Shown: in pieces, positions 26,756 to 36,527 of the stretch
How positions within the stretch are numbered: the first letter of the stretch is position 1
Layout of the letters: every line of letters begins with the position of its first letter
Assembly: GCA_036502025.1 (NCBI GenBank)
Contig: DASXZJ010000090.1
Location: forward strand, 1,540 to 65,539
Direction: 5' to 3'
Length of the DNA stretch: 64,000 bases
Origin: Acidimicrobiales bacterium
Lineage (GTDB): Bacteria > Actinomycetota > Acidimicrobiia > Acidimicrobiales > RAAP-2
Program-made: the position numbers and the translations under genes
Notes under the pieces: generated by a model
The model's database searches: none
Seen by the model: only the letters and a program-made list of their open reading frames with translations
What the model was told of the DNA's origin: nothing

Positions 26756-28675
26756 GTGCTCCACGCTGCCTACCTGATGCCTCTGTTGCCGCTGGCCGGC
26801 TTCGTGGTGCTGGTCGCCGCCGGGAGGCGCATCGGCGACCCCTGGGCGGGCTGGATCGCCACCGCGGCGGTGGCCGGGGCCTTCGTGGTGGCCTGCCTGG
26901 CCCTGGCCGGGCTCCTCGACCTGCCGGCCGACCACCGGGTCTACCTGCACGACTACTTCACCTGGTTCCACGTCGGCGGGCTCAACGTGCCGGTCGGGAT
27001 CCAGGTGGACCAGCTCTCCATCACCATGTGCATGTTCATCACCGGCGTGAGCACGCTCATCCACCTGTACTCCATCGGGTACATGAAGGGTGACCCGGAC
27101 TACCCCAAGTTCTTCGTCTACCTGAACCTCTTCGTCTTCTCCATGCTGCTGCTGGTGCTGGCCAACAATCTGCTGCTCACCTTCGTCGGGTGGGAGGGGG
27201 TCGGCGTCTGTTCCTACTGGCTGGTGTCGTTCTGGTTCTTCCGAGATTCGGCCGCCTCGGCGGGCAAGAAGGCCTTCATCTACAACCGCATCGGGGACGC
27301 CGGGTTCCTGGTGGCCATCTTCCTCATCTTCGAGAAGACGGGGACGGTGCAGTACCAGGGCGGTCCCGGCGGCGGGATCTTCGGGCTCAGCCACCACCTG
27401 GCGGGCGGCGGGGCCGCCACGGCCGCCGTGTTGCTGCTCTTCCTGGCCGCCACCGGCAAGTCGGCCCAGATCCCCCTCTTCAACTGGCTGCCTGACGCCA
27501 TGGAGGGCCCGACACCGGTCTCGGCCCTGATCCACGCCGCCACCATGGTCACGGCCGGGGTGTACCTCCTGGCCCGTATGAACCACCTGCTGGCGCTCTC
27601 CCATGCCGGCATGGAGGTCATCGCCATCGTGGGCGGGGTCACGGCTTTCGTGGCGGCCACCATCGCCTGCGCCCAGCAGGACATCAAGAAGGTGCTGGCC
27701 TTCTCGACGGTCTCGCAGATCGGCTACATGGTCCTGGCCGTGGGCAGTGGCGCCTACATCGCCGCCATCTTCCTCATGGTGGCCCACGCCTTCTTCAAGG
27801 GGCTGCTCTTCCTGGCCGCCGGCTCGGTGATCCACGGCCTCGATGACGAACAGGACCTCAAACGGATGGGCGCGCTGCGCCGCACCATGAAGTGGACCAC
27901 CGCGACGTTCACCATCGGCTGGCTGGCCATCGCCGGCATCCCGCCCCTGGCCGGGTTCTGGGCCAAGGGCGACGTGCTCGACAACGTGTACGCCCACTAC
28001 AAGGTCCTGTGGGCGCTCGGGCTGCTGACCGCCGTGCTGACGGCGTACTACATGACCCGGCTCCAGGTCCTGGCCTTCGGCGGTCAGGAGCGCTGGGACA
28101 AGATCGGGCCGGCCGGCGAGCCGGCGCACCACACGCCGCACGAGTCGCCCTGGGTCATGCGGCTGCCGCTGGTGATCCTGGCCGTGGCCGCCTTCCTCGG
28201 GGGCATCCTCAACCTGCCCTGGGTGCACGGCTTCGGCTTCGACGGGTGGCTGGCGCCGGTCTTCGCCGGCAGTCTCTACGCCGATCATCTCCACGCCGGC
28301 GGGCTGTGGGCCCTGGCCATCACCGACGCCGCCGCCGCGGTCATCGGCATCATCGTCGCGGTCGGGCTGTGGCGCGGCGCCCAGGTCGACCAGCCGGCGC
28401 TGGAGCCGGCCTTTCTCCAGCGCGTCTGGTACTGGGACGACTTCTACGACGCGGTCATCGGACGGCCGAGCCAGAAGCTCGCCACCTTCTTCGCCTGGGT
28501 GGTCGACGCCCGCATCATCGACGGCGCCGTCAACGGCACGGCCCGCCTGGTGCGGGCGGGCGGTTCGGCCACCCGCAAGCTGCAGACGGGCTACGTGCGC
28601 AACTACGCCCTGGGCATCGCGCTCGGGATGGCCCTCATCATCGCGTTCCTCCTCAGCCGGACCTGGTGGTCATGA
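26756..28675 (+). CDS. nuoL: NADH-quinone oxidoreductase subunit L
   Basis: Antiporter-like subunit with WEGVGVCSYWLV, GKSAQIPLFNWLPDAMEGPTPVSALIHAATMV. Confidence 0.9.
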   Translation: MLHAAYLMPLLPLAGFVVLVAAGRRIGDPWAGWIATAAVAGAFVVACLALAGLLDLPADHRVYLHDYFTWFHVGGLNVPVGIQVDQLSITMCMFITGVSTLIHLYSIGYMKGDPDYPKFFVYLNLFVFSMLLLVLANNLLLTFVGWEGVGVCSYWLVSFWFFRDSAASAGKKAFIYNRIGDAGFLVAIFLIFEKTGTVQYQGGPGGGIFGLSHHLAGGGAATAAVLLLFLAATGKSAQIPLFNWLPDAMEGPTPVSALIHAATMVTAGVYLLARMNHLLALSHAGMEVIAIVGGVTAFVAATIACAQQDIKKVLAFSTVSQIGYMVLAVGSGAYIAAIFLMVAHAFFKGLLFLAAGSVIHGLDDEQDLKRMGALRRTMKWTTATFTIGWLAIAGIPPLAGFWAKGDVLDNVYAHYKVLWALGLLTAVLTAYYMTRLQVLAFGGQERWDKIGPAGEPAHHTPHESPWVMRLPLVILAVAAFLGGILNLPWVHGFGFDGWLAPVFAGSLYADHLHAGGLWALAITDAAAAVIGIIVAVGLWRGAQVDQPALEPAFLQRVWYWDDFYDAVIGRPSQKLATFFAWVVDARIIDGAVNGTARLVRAGGSATRKLQTGYVRNYALGIALGMALIIAFLLSRTWWS

Positions 28676-30231
28676 ACAACGCCGGCTTCCCGTACCTCAC
28701 CGTCCTGATCTTCATCCCGGCCATCGGCGCGCTCGTCCTGGCCCTGCTCGGGTTAGGCGGGCGAACATCGAAGGAGTTCAGCGACCGCCTGGCCGGCATG
28801 GTGGCCTTCGCCACCCTCGGGATCGCCATCGCCACCCTGGTGGCCATGAAGGTCGGTGACGGCGGCTACCAGCTGGTGACGAACCGTCAGTGGACCGGCG
28901 ACGCGCTGGGCGTCCGGTGGTATCTCGGCGTCGACGGCATCTCCATCTTCCTGGTCATGCTGGCCGCCGTCCTGTTCCCTCTGGTCATCGTCCTGGGGCA
29001 GAAGAAGAGCAACAGCCGCTCGTACGCGGCCTGGATGCTTCTCCTCGAGGCGGCGGTGCTGGGGAGCTTCCTGTCGCTGGACCTGATCGTCTTCTTCCTC
29101 TTCTTCGAGCTGACGCTGGTGCCGGCGTACTTCATCATCGCCGGGTGGGGCCACGAGCGAAGGGCCTACGCGGCCGTCAAGTTCTTCCTCTACACCTTCG
29201 CGGGCTCGGCCTTCCTGCTGGTCGGCATCCTCACCTTGGCCTTCCTTCATCAGTCCCAGGCCCACGGCCCACTGACCTTCGCGCTGCCCGCCCTCGAACA
29301 CACCCATCTCTCGTCGGCGACGGGGATCCTGCTCTTCTGTGCCTTCACGGCCGCCTTCGCGATCAAGGCGCCCCTCTTCCCTTTCCACACCTGGTCTCCC
29401 GACGCCTACACCGAGGCCCCGGCCGGTGGTTCGGTGATCCTGGCGGGCGTGCTGGCCAAGTTGGGCACCTACGGCCTCATCCGCTTCGATCTCAACCTCT
29501 TCCCCCAGGCCTCACGCACCCTGGCCCCCCTCATCCTCACCCTGGCCGTGATCGGCATCGTCTACGGCGCCATCGTCGCCTGCGCCCAGCGCGACCTGAA
29601 GCGGCTGGTGACCTACTCCTCGTTGGCACAGATCGGCTTCATTGCGCTCGGCACCTTCGCCCTCGGCACGCAGGGTCTCTCCGGCGCGGTGCTGCTGATG
29701 CTCAATCACGGTCTGATCGTCGGCGCCCTGTTCATCCTCATCGGCTTCATCTACGAGCGCCGGGGCACCTGGCAGACCGGGGAGCTACGGGGCCTGCAGA
29801 AGGTGGCGCCGGTGATGGCCGGCGTCTTCACCGTGGTGATGATGGCCTCCATCGGCGTGCCGGGGCTGAATGGCTTCGTGAGCGAGTTCCTGGTCCTCTC
29901 GGGCACGTTCATCACCCATCGCTGGTGGGCGGTGGTCGCCGTGCTCGGGGTGATCGTCTCGGCCGTCTACCTCCTCTGGGCCTACCAGCAGGTGTTCCAC
30001 GGTGTGCCCCGGGCCGAGGATGAGACGACCAGGGATCTGGGCTGGCTGGATCGTCTGATCATGGCCCCGCTGATCATCCTGATCGTCTTCCTGGGCGTCT
30101 ATCCCAAGCCGGTCCTCGATCGCATCAACCCCTCGGTCAACCAGTTGGTGGCCCATGTCCAGGCAGTGACCGGCCACAGCCAGCCGGCCGTGGCCACCAA
30201 CGGGTCCGCGGCAGTGGAGGGTCGGCCATGA
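28672..30231 (+). CDS. nuoM: NADH-quinone oxidoreductase subunit M
   Basis: FFELTLVPAYFII and PLFPFHTWSPDAYTEAPAGGSVILAGVLAKLGTYG. ATGA overlap with nuoL. Confidence 0.9.
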   Translation: MNNAGFPYLTVLIFIPAIGALVLALLGLGGRTSKEFSDRLAGMVAFATLGIAIATLVAMKVGDGGYQLVTNRQWTGDALGVRWYLGVDGISIFLVMLAAVLFPLVIVLGQKKSNSRSYAAWMLLLEAAVLGSFLSLDLIVFFLFFELTLVPAYFIIAGWGHERRAYAAVKFFLYTFAGSAFLLVGILTLAFLHQSQAHGPLTFALPALEHTHLSSATGILLFCAFTAAFAIKAPLFPFHTWSPDAYTEAPAGGSVILAGVLAKLGTYGLIRFDLNLFPQASRTLAPLILTLAVIGIVYGAIVACAQRDLKRLVTYSSLAQIGFIALGTFALGTQGLSGAVLLMLNHGLIVGALFILIGFIYERRGTWQTGELRGLQKVAPVMAGVFTVVMMASIGVPGLNGFVSEFLVLSGTFITHRWWAVVAVLGVIVSAVYLLWAYQQVFHGVPRAEDETTRDLGWLDRLIMAPLIILIVFLGVYPKPVLDRINPSVNQLVAHVQAVTGHSQPAVATNGSAAVEGRP

Positions 30232-31925
30232 TCGCCACCCTGCTGGCCGCCGCCACCCACGCCACCCCGGTGGCCGACAAGCTGCCCGTCCCCTATATCC
30301 GCTACCTGACCATCCTGCCGCCCATCATCATGATCGGCGGCGGCGTGGTGCTCCTGGCTATCGCCTCCCTGGTCCGCCGACCCATGCGCGTGCGGGTGAG
30401 CACCGTGGGCAGCGTCGTCATCTCGGCCGCCGCCCTCAGCCTCTCCATCTGGCAGTGGTTCGACGTGCAGGAGCACGGCGCGCACACCTACGTCGCCCAC
30501 GCCGTCGTGATGGACGGGTTCAGTGTCCTGATCAACATGCTGATCGCGTCGTCCATGTTGCTCACGGCCCTGGTGGCCGACGGCTATCTCAAACGGGAGG
30601 GGATCGAGGGGGCGGAGTTCCACGTGCTGGCCCTGGTCTCGGCGTCGGGGGCCATGTTGATGGGATCGGCCAACGACCTGATCATCGTCTTCCTAGGTCT
30701 GGAGATTCTCTCCATCGCCCTCTACGTCCTGACCGCGTTCAACCACCGCCGGGCCGCCTCGGGTGAAGCGGCTCTCAAGTACTTCCTCCTCGGTGGCTTC
30801 TCCTCGGCCATCTTCGTCTACGGCATCGCGCTGACCTACGGCGCCACCGGATCGACCAACCTCACCCAGATCGCCGACTTCCTGTCCAAGAACCTGGTGC
30901 TCACCAACGGGCTCCTGCTGGCCGGACTCGCCCTCATGCTGGTGGGCTTCGCCTTCAAGGTGGCGGCGGTGCCGTTCCATATGTGGACGCCCGACGTCTA
31001 CCAGGGTGCACCCTCGCCGGTGACCGGTTTCATGGCCGCCATCGCCAAGGCGGGCGCCTTCGCCGCGCTGCTCCGCGTTCTCTTCTCCTCGCTCGGGGTC
31101 ATCACCACCGACTGGCGGCCGATCGTCTACGGGTTGGCCGTGCTCTCGTTGGTGGTCGGCTCAGTGGTCGCGCTGCGCCAACGCGACGTCAAACGCATGC
31201 TGGCCTACTCGTCTATTAACCACGCCGGTTTCATTTTGCTCGGCGTCGAGTCGGCCACCACCCGCGGGGTCAGCGCCTCGCTGTACTACCTCTTCACCTA
31301 CACCTTCATGACCATCGGCAGCTTCGCGATCGTCACCGTGCTCGGCCGCGAGGGGGACGGCGACCACGACCTGACCCGCTACCGGGGGCTGTCGCAGCGC
31401 CAACCGCTCCTCGCCCTCTGTTTCGCCGTCCTGCTGCTGGCCCAGGCCGGTGTCCCGTTCACCACCGGACTCTGGGCCAAGCTGTCGGTGGTGCTGGCCA
31501 CGGTGTCGGCCGGGTCGGTGCCGCTCGGCGTCATCGCCATGGTGACGGCGGCGATCGCGGCCTACTTCTACCTCCGGGTAGCGGTCCTGATGTACTCGGG
31601 GCCGGGCCGAAGCGACGATCAGGCTGGCCAACCTGGACCCAGCGCCGTCCCGGCACCGCACGCCCGCCTGGACTCGGGCAGTCAGATCGGATGGGCCAGT
31701 CCCGAGGGGGTTTCGAACACCATCACCGCCATCAACGCCGAGCTGCTCATGACCGAGGAGCCGGTGGCGCCCTTCGGCGAAGCCACCCCGTCGGTGGTCA
31801 AGGTCCCGGCACTCACCGGGCTGGCCATCGGCATCTGCGTGGCCGTCACCGTGGGCTTCGGGATCGTGCCCAGCGTGCTCCTCGACTTCGCCAAGCACGC
31901 CACACTTCTCTTCGTCGGGCACTAA
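30228..31925 (+). CDS. nuoN: NADH-quinone oxidoreductase subunit N
   Basis: LGLEILSIALYVL and VPFHMWTPDVYQGAPSPVTGFMA. ATGA overlap with nuoM. Last gene of the cluster. Confidence 0.9.
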   Translation: MIATLLAAATHATPVADKLPVPYIRYLTILPPIIMIGGGVVLLAIASLVRRPMRVRVSTVGSVVISAAALSLSIWQWFDVQEHGAHTYVAHAVVMDGFSVLINMLIASSMLLTALVADGYLKREGIEGAEFHVLALVSASGAMLMGSANDLIIVFLGLEILSIALYVLTAFNHRRAASGEAALKYFLLGGFSSAIFVYGIALTYGATGSTNLTQIADFLSKNLVLTNGLLLAGLALMLVGFAFKVAAVPFHMWTPDVYQGAPSPVTGFMAAIAKAGAFAALLRVLFSSLGVITTDWRPIVYGLAVLSLVVGSVVALRQRDVKRMLAYSSINHAGFILLGVESATTRGVSASLYYLFTYTFMTIGSFAIVTVLGREGDGDHDLTRYRGLSQRQPLLALCFAVLLLAQAGVPFTTGLWAKLSVVLATVSAGSVPLGVIAMVTAAIAAYFYLRVAVLMYSGPGRSDDQAGQPGPSAVPAPHARLDSGSQIGWASPEGVSNTITAINAELLMTEEPVAPFGEATPSVVKVPALTGLAIGICVAVTVGFGIVPSVLLDFAKHATLLFVGH

Positions 31926-32359
31926 GCGAACTCCTTGGCGAAGTCGGTGGTCAGCCATTTCTCAGGCGTCATGCGGATGACGACGCTCGAGGTATCACGG
32001 TCAGCGGTCGCAGCCAGGTACAGGTCGCCGAACTCGGGCCCGAGGTAGCGGTAGGCCAACGCCGTCCGTTCCGAAGGCGTCACGTCGGCTTCGGTGCCGA
32101 CGATGGGTCCCTCCACGCTGACGTACTTGTACGGCGGGGTCTCGGTCTGCACGCAGAGGCTGAAGCGGCCGGCGGCGGCCAGCAACCGAGCCTTGCGCGT
32201 GCCCGCACCGGTGATGAGGTTGACCGTGCCGCCCGGCTCATAGGCGTACCAGATGGGCAGGGTGAGCGGCCCACGGCCGTCTTCATGCACGCTCAAGATA
32301 CCTACGTGTACGTCGGCTAAGAACGCCTCACGCTCGATTCGACTCATGGTCACCGACAT
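31922..32359 (-). CDS. pyridoxamine 5'-phosphate oxidase-like (PPOX/F420-class split-barrel) family protein
   Basis: REAFLADVHVGILSV...PIWYAY pattern. AGGAGG lies 5 nt before ATG 32359. Its stop overlaps the nuoN stop convergently. Confidence 0.7.
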   Translation of the reverse strand: MSVTMSRIEREAFLADVHVGILSVHEDGRGPLTLPIWYAYEPGGTVNLITGAGTRKARLLAAAGRFSLCVQTETPPYKYVSVEGPIVGTEADVTPSERTALAYRYLGPEFGDLYLAATADRDTSSVVIRMTPEKWLTTDFAKEFA

Positions 32360-32524
32360 GAGTTCCTCCTGTCGCTAGGCACACGAATGGGCGATTGGGC
32401 CCGGCTGAGTATGCCCCGACGAGACGCGGGGGCGGAAATGACTTACCCTTTCCAGCGGGGAACCACCGCAACGGGCTTGACCGCAATGCAATAGCCCTAG
32501 GTGTTCGTGAGGAGATGTATCCGC

Positions 32525-33598
32525 ATGTCATTTGGATCAAAGTACGCCGCCGCAATTTCTCGATTTGGCGTCGTTCGATTGCTGAGCGCCTTTGTGCTCA
32601 CCGTCGGCGCGACACTCGGCACCTTCGCCCTCCTCGGCTCGGCTCCGGCCACCGCGGCCGGCGGTCCCGACGCCGTGTCCGGTTCTGCCTTCGGGGTGAA
32701 CGTCACGCTGTTGGGTAGCGCCATCGCCAGCCATCTCCCGTCGGTCACGTTGCCGGCGAGTGGTGCGGCCCAGTCGGCCAGCTTGCTGACCATCCCGACC
32801 AACCCGGTTATCTCGACCGGCCTGGCGTCGGTGGCGACGGCCGCGACCAACGCGACGCTGGCCACCGAAGTGGTCAACAGCTCCTCGGACCTCGCCAACC
32901 CGGCGCTCGTCAACACCGTCCTGCCCCTTCCGCTCGGGATCAGTTCGCTTCTCTCGGTTGACGCCGTTCACACGGTGTGCTCGTCAAGCGCCACCGGATC
33001 CACCGGCGGCACCACGGTGGTCAATCTGGTCATCGGCGGCATGGCGATTCCGGTCACCAGCGCCCTGAATCAGGTTCCGACCCTTCCGGCTGCCTTGTCG
33101 CCGCTCCTGAGCGTCGAGATCAACAAGCAGGTCGTCACCAACTCCGTTGGTGCGACGGGGATCACCGTTGACGGCGTCGTCATCTCCCTCCTGGGAGCCG
33201 TGGGCGGCGGGGCCGTCATCACCTTGTCTGAGAGCAAGTGCGGCGCCACCGGCCCCGACATCAACGCCACCCCGACCGTCACGGGCGTCAACCCCGGCAC
33301 CGGTCCGGCCGCCGGCGGCACGACGGTCACCCTCACCGGTACCGGCTTCCAGTGCGTCACCGGCGTGAAGTTCGGCACCACGACCGCCACCTTCACGGTG
33401 GTGAGCCCGACGCAGATCACGGCCACCTCCCCGCCGGGAGCCGCTGGCACCGTCGATGTGACGGTCACCAACTGCAACGGCACCAGTCCGACCGGAACCG
33501 CTGACCAGTTCACCTACACCGCGGGCAGCACCGGTAGTGGCGTCGTCCCGACGGCTCCGCAGTCGCCCGTGGTCAGCGCCGTCCCTGTGACGGGCTGA
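32525..33598 (+). CDS. secreted protein with a C-terminal IPT/TIG domain
   Basis: Signal-like LLSAFVLTVGATLGTFALLGSAPATAAG. IPT/TIG-like VTGVNPGTGPAAGGTTVTLTGTGFQCVTGVKFG...VTVTNCNGTS. GAGGAG lies 9 nt before ATG 32525. No LPXTG or other anchor is seen. Confidence 0.7.
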   Translation: MSFGSKYAAAISRFGVVRLLSAFVLTVGATLGTFALLGSAPATAAGGPDAVSGSAFGVNVTLLGSAIASHLPSVTLPASGAAQSASLLTIPTNPVISTGLASVATAATNATLATEVVNSSSDLANPALVNTVLPLPLGISSLLSVDAVHTVCSSSATGSTGGTTVVNLVIGGMAIPVTSALNQVPTLPAALSPLLSVEINKQVVTNSVGATGITVDGVVISLLGAVGGGAVITLSESKCGATGPDINATPTVTGVNPGTGPAAGGTTVTLTGTGFQCVTGVKFGTTTATFTVVSPTQITATSPPGAAGTVDVTVTNCNGTSPTGTADQFTYTAGSTGSGVVPTAPQSPVVSAVPVTG

Positions 33599-33644
33599 CC
33601 GTCGACGGCTGAAGCCACGAGGCGGCGCCATTCATGGCTGGTAT

Positions 33645-34430
33645 TTGATGTCACCTCGTGTTCTGAGACGAGCAGCGTGCGCCGTCGCGGCGATGTCCGT
33701 GACGGCGCTCGCGCTCACCTCATGCAGTAGCGGCCCTCAGGCATCGGGTCAGAGCGCCCACTCCAACGGGACCAAGTCGAGCGGTCTGCGACTGAGCGGC
33801 AATTCGACCCCGCCGCCCATCGCACCCGCCGGCTCGACCCTGCTGGCCACCCTCCACGGGGCGGTCCAGGGTTACGCGACCCCCAATGGCGCCAAGGCCG
33901 CCACCATCCCGGCGACCTGGCATGGCGCGGTGTCGACGCTTCCGGTGGTGACGGCCCAACCGGGTTGGGTCGACGTCCGGCTGGCGCAGCGACCCAACGA
34001 GTCCACAGCGTGGGTCCGCGTCGGTGACGTATCGCTGACCTCGACCCCCTACCAGATTGTGATCCACCTGGCGGCCACGCACCTCGACCTCTACAAGAGC
34101 GGTCACCTTGTCCTCTCGGCCCCGGCGGGTGTGGGGACGACGGCCGATCCCACCCCGACCGGTCACTACTTCGTGGCGTTCTTCGCCCAGCCGCCCAGCT
34201 CGGGCTACGGCCCCTTCGTCCTCGTCAGTTCGGCCCACTCGAACACGATCTCGGACTGGGAGAGTTCGGGAGATGCCCTGATGGCCATCCATGGTCCCCT
34301 CGGCGCCGACGCGCAGATCGGGATGTCCGGGAATCGGGTGTCACACGGCTGTGTTCGGCTCCACCTCTCCGACCTGGCGCAGCTGCGCGTGGTACCGGCC
34401 GGGAGCCCTATCGACGTGATGGCTTCCTAA
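33645..34430 (+). CDS. lipoprotein L,D-transpeptidase (YkuD family)
   Basis: Lipobox ALTSC. Catalytic region AIHGPLGADAQIGMSGNRVSHGCVRLH. Confidence 0.85.
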   Translation: MMSPRVLRRAACAVAAMSVTALALTSCSSGPQASGQSAHSNGTKSSGLRLSGNSTPPPIAPAGSTLLATLHGAVQGYATPNGAKAATIPATWHGAVSTLPVVTAQPGWVDVRLAQRPNESTAWVRVGDVSLTSTPYQIVIHLAATHLDLYKSGHLVLSAPAGVGTTADPTPTGHYFVAFFAQPPSSGYGPFVLVSSAHSNTISDWESSGDALMAIHGPLGADAQIGMSGNRVSHGCVRLHLSDLAQLRVVPAGSPIDVMAS

Positions 34431-36076
34431 AGGTCTCTGAGGGCCGGTGGCGGGTCGCCCATGAGCGGAACGCCCATCTCCTCGAGGGTCCTGGTCGGGT
34501 TCAGGGCCCGCACGATCCGGTCGCGCCCAGCCGCTTTGGCGGCGTAGAGGGCCTGATCGGCGGCCCGGAGCAGCGCCGTCGCCGTGTTTCCGTGTTCAGG
34601 CGAGGAGGCAATGCCGATCGAGAGTGTCGGCGGTGTCGGCCGTGCCGCCTTGCTCTTGAATGGGAAGTCCAACTCGGCCACGCACAGCTGCAATTCCTGC
34701 GCCCGTCGTTCGCCGTCGGCCCAGGCACAATTCGGAAGGATCACGGTGAACTCCTCCCCGCCGGAACGGCAGGGGACGTCACTCTCGCGGAAGAGCAGGA
34801 GGAGCACTTCCCCGACTGACTTCAGGACGGCGTCGCCAACTTCGTGGCCGTAGGTGTCGTTGAAATCCTTGAAGTGGTCGACATCGATCTGCAGGACGGT
34901 GAGTTGATCCTGGCTCCGGACGGCACTGCTCAACTCCCGCTTCAGGGTCTCCTCCATGTATCGGCGGTTGTACAAGTCGGTCAGGGGATCGCGGATCGAC
35001 AGGTTGCGGAGGGAATCGCGCAGAGTGAAGTTGGCCATGGACATCGCGATCTGCTCCGCCACGGTCAGGGCGAGTTGCTGGATGCTGCCATCCTGTGGAT
35101 CAGCGGAAGCCGCATCGTTGGCGCCGGCGTCGACGTCTGCTGCCAGCGCGATGCTAAGGACGCCGATCAGCTCGCCCTGGGCCAGCAGTGGGCGGCACAG
35201 CGCGGCCATGCCGGTCGATGGATCAAGGTGGGCACAGTAAAGGGCGCCGGGTTTCGAGACGTAGACGTGTCCCCTCCGCAACGCCCAACAGTCATGAGGC
35301 GAGAACGGCGCCTGACCCGATGCGTAATTGCCCCAGGCCGCCATCGTCTCGAGCACGTCCCGCGACGAGCTGAGGATGGAGACGGATCCACCCACCGGGA
35401 ACATCTTCTCGGCGGAGTGGGCGATGACCTCGTAGGCCTCATTCCTCTCCGCGCAGCTGTGCAACATGTCGGCCAGTTCGGCCAGCAGCACCAACTGGCT
35501 GATCGTCGAAGCCATGGCTCTCTTGGACGCTTCGTTTTGCTCGTTAGAGCGGGTCATCCGCTGGCGGAGTTCGACGATGGAGTACGCCACCAGCGCGCCG
35601 ATGAAGGCGAAGAACGCGATCTTGCGCACCCGGATCGTGTCGGTGACCCCAACCGGTAGATAGGTGGTCATTGTCGCTACGGCGACGACGGCCGCGACGA
35701 CCACGATGGATTTCCAGGGCTCGACATAGAGCGCGGTCCACACGATCGGCAGCAGCACGATGATGCCGATACCGGTCGTCGAACCTCCTGCCGCCAGCAT
35801 GAGGGCGAGCGCGTAGCCCGAGAAGAGGAGCGGGACGATGAGATCAACCCACGAGGGAAGGGACCCCCATGGGAGAAGGAAGCAGGCCGCCGTCGCCGCG
35901 AGCAGGAGCACGCTGATGACGGCATCGGTCGTCGACGCCGGGCCCGGCTCCAGGAACAAGCTGGCTTCGGCCACGGTCGCCACCAGGAGGAATGGAAGAG
36001 CCCGCACGGCCAGGCCCTCGCGCCGGAACGCGGTGCCCTTGAGCGGCGAACCGCCTCCTGCTGATCCAGTTCTCAC
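34427..36076 (-). CDS. membrane-anchored GAF-GGDEF diguanylate cyclase
   Basis: Multi-TM N-terminus. DPLTDLYNRRYM, VDHFKDFNDTYGHEVGD, and RESD (an RxxD I-site) 5 residues before GGEEF. Confidence 0.85.
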   Translation of the reverse strand: MRTGSAGGGSPLKGTAFRREGLAVRALPFLLVATVAEASLFLEPGPASTTDAVISVLLLAATAACFLLPWGSLPSWVDLIVPLLFSGYALALMLAAGGSTTGIGIIVLLPIVWTALYVEPWKSIVVVAAVVAVATMTTYLPVGVTDTIRVRKIAFFAFIGALVAYSIVELRQRMTRSNEQNEASKRAMASTISQLVLLAELADMLHSCAERNEAYEVIAHSAEKMFPVGGSVSILSSSRDVLETMAAWGNYASGQAPFSPHDCWALRRGHVYVSKPGALYCAHLDPSTGMAALCRPLLAQGELIGVLSIALAADVDAGANDAASADPQDGSIQQLALTVAEQIAMSMANFTLRDSLRNLSIRDPLTDLYNRRYMEETLKRELSSAVRSQDQLTVLQIDVDHFKDFNDTYGHEVGDAVLKSVGEVLLLLFRESDVPCRSGGEEFTVILPNCAWADGERRAQELQLCVAELDFPFKSKAARPTPPTLSIGIASSPEHGNTATALLRAADQALYAAKAAGRDRIVRALNPTRTLEEMGVPLMGDPPPALRDL

Positions 36077-36147
36077 GCGAGCCTGCCTCCCCCTGCCCTG
36101 CGAACCCTACGTTGGCCGGCGCCGGCGCGCTCACGATGCCTTCGCGC

Positions 36148-36189
36148 TTGACATAGCCACATAGCCAGGTACTATGCAATACATGGTAC
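36148..36189 (+). promoter_or_regulatory. near-consensus sigma-A type promoter (TTGACA-16 nt-TACTAT) with an overlapping imperfect inverted repeat, upstream of or overlapping the padR start
   Basis: TTGACA at 36148-36153 and TACTAT at 36170-36175. GTACTATG (36169-36176) and CATGGTAC (36182-36189) form an 8-bp inverted repeat with 1 mismatch and a 5-nt spacer. ATG 36183 lies about 7-8 nt after the -10 box, which is a leaderless geometry. Confidence 0.4.
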
Positions 36190-36527
36190 AGAGCAGGGCC
36201 CCGCAGCTGGCCCAGATGCGCAAGGGGGCACTGGAGTACTGCGTACTGGCCCTCCTCCGCGACGGCGAGCGCTACGGCTTCGAGCTGGTCAAAGAGCTCT
36301 CGGCCGCCGAACTGGTGACCAGCGAAGGCACCATCTACCCGCTCCTTTCCCGCTTGCGCCAGGACGGGGCCGTCGAGACGTCCTGGCGCGAATCGACCCA
36401 GGGCCCGCCCCGGCGGTACTACAAGCTCACCAGCGAGGGGAAAGCGTCGCTCGACATCTTCGCCACGGAGTGGCAGCGCTTCAGCCGCGCCGTGAGCGGG
36501 ATCCTCGAATCGGGGGGCGTGCGATGA
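36174..36527 (+). CDS. PadR family transcriptional regulator
   Basis: KGALEYCVLALLRDGERYGFELVKEL, EGTIYPLLSRLRQDGAVETSW, PRRYYKLTSEGK. The true start may be ATG 36183. Confidence 0.9.
   Translation: MQYMVQSRAPQLAQMRKGALEYCVLALLRDGERYGFELVKELSAAELVTSEGTIYPLLSRLRQDGAVETSWRESTQGPPRRYYKLTSEGKASLDIFATEWQRFSRAVSGILESGGVR

Noticed and set aside
26351-28294. 647-aa minus-strand ORF antisense to nuoJ-nuoL
   Set aside because: Same artefact class: Arg/Gly/Asp/His-rich and lying opposite conserved membrane subunits. Similar track ORFs were rejected for the same reason, for example 5831-7195(-), 12912-14309(-), 17438-18718(-), 19377-21002(-) and 42768-44462(+).
32360-32524. Possible riboswitch or leader RNA in the AT-richer 165-nt spacer before the IPT/TIG gene (hairpin GCCCCG...CGGGGGC near 32418-32443)
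   Set aside because: I could not match it to any riboswitch consensus I know (c-di-GMP, ydaO/c-di-AMP, cobalamin, SAM, 6C). It was kept only as part of the island observation.
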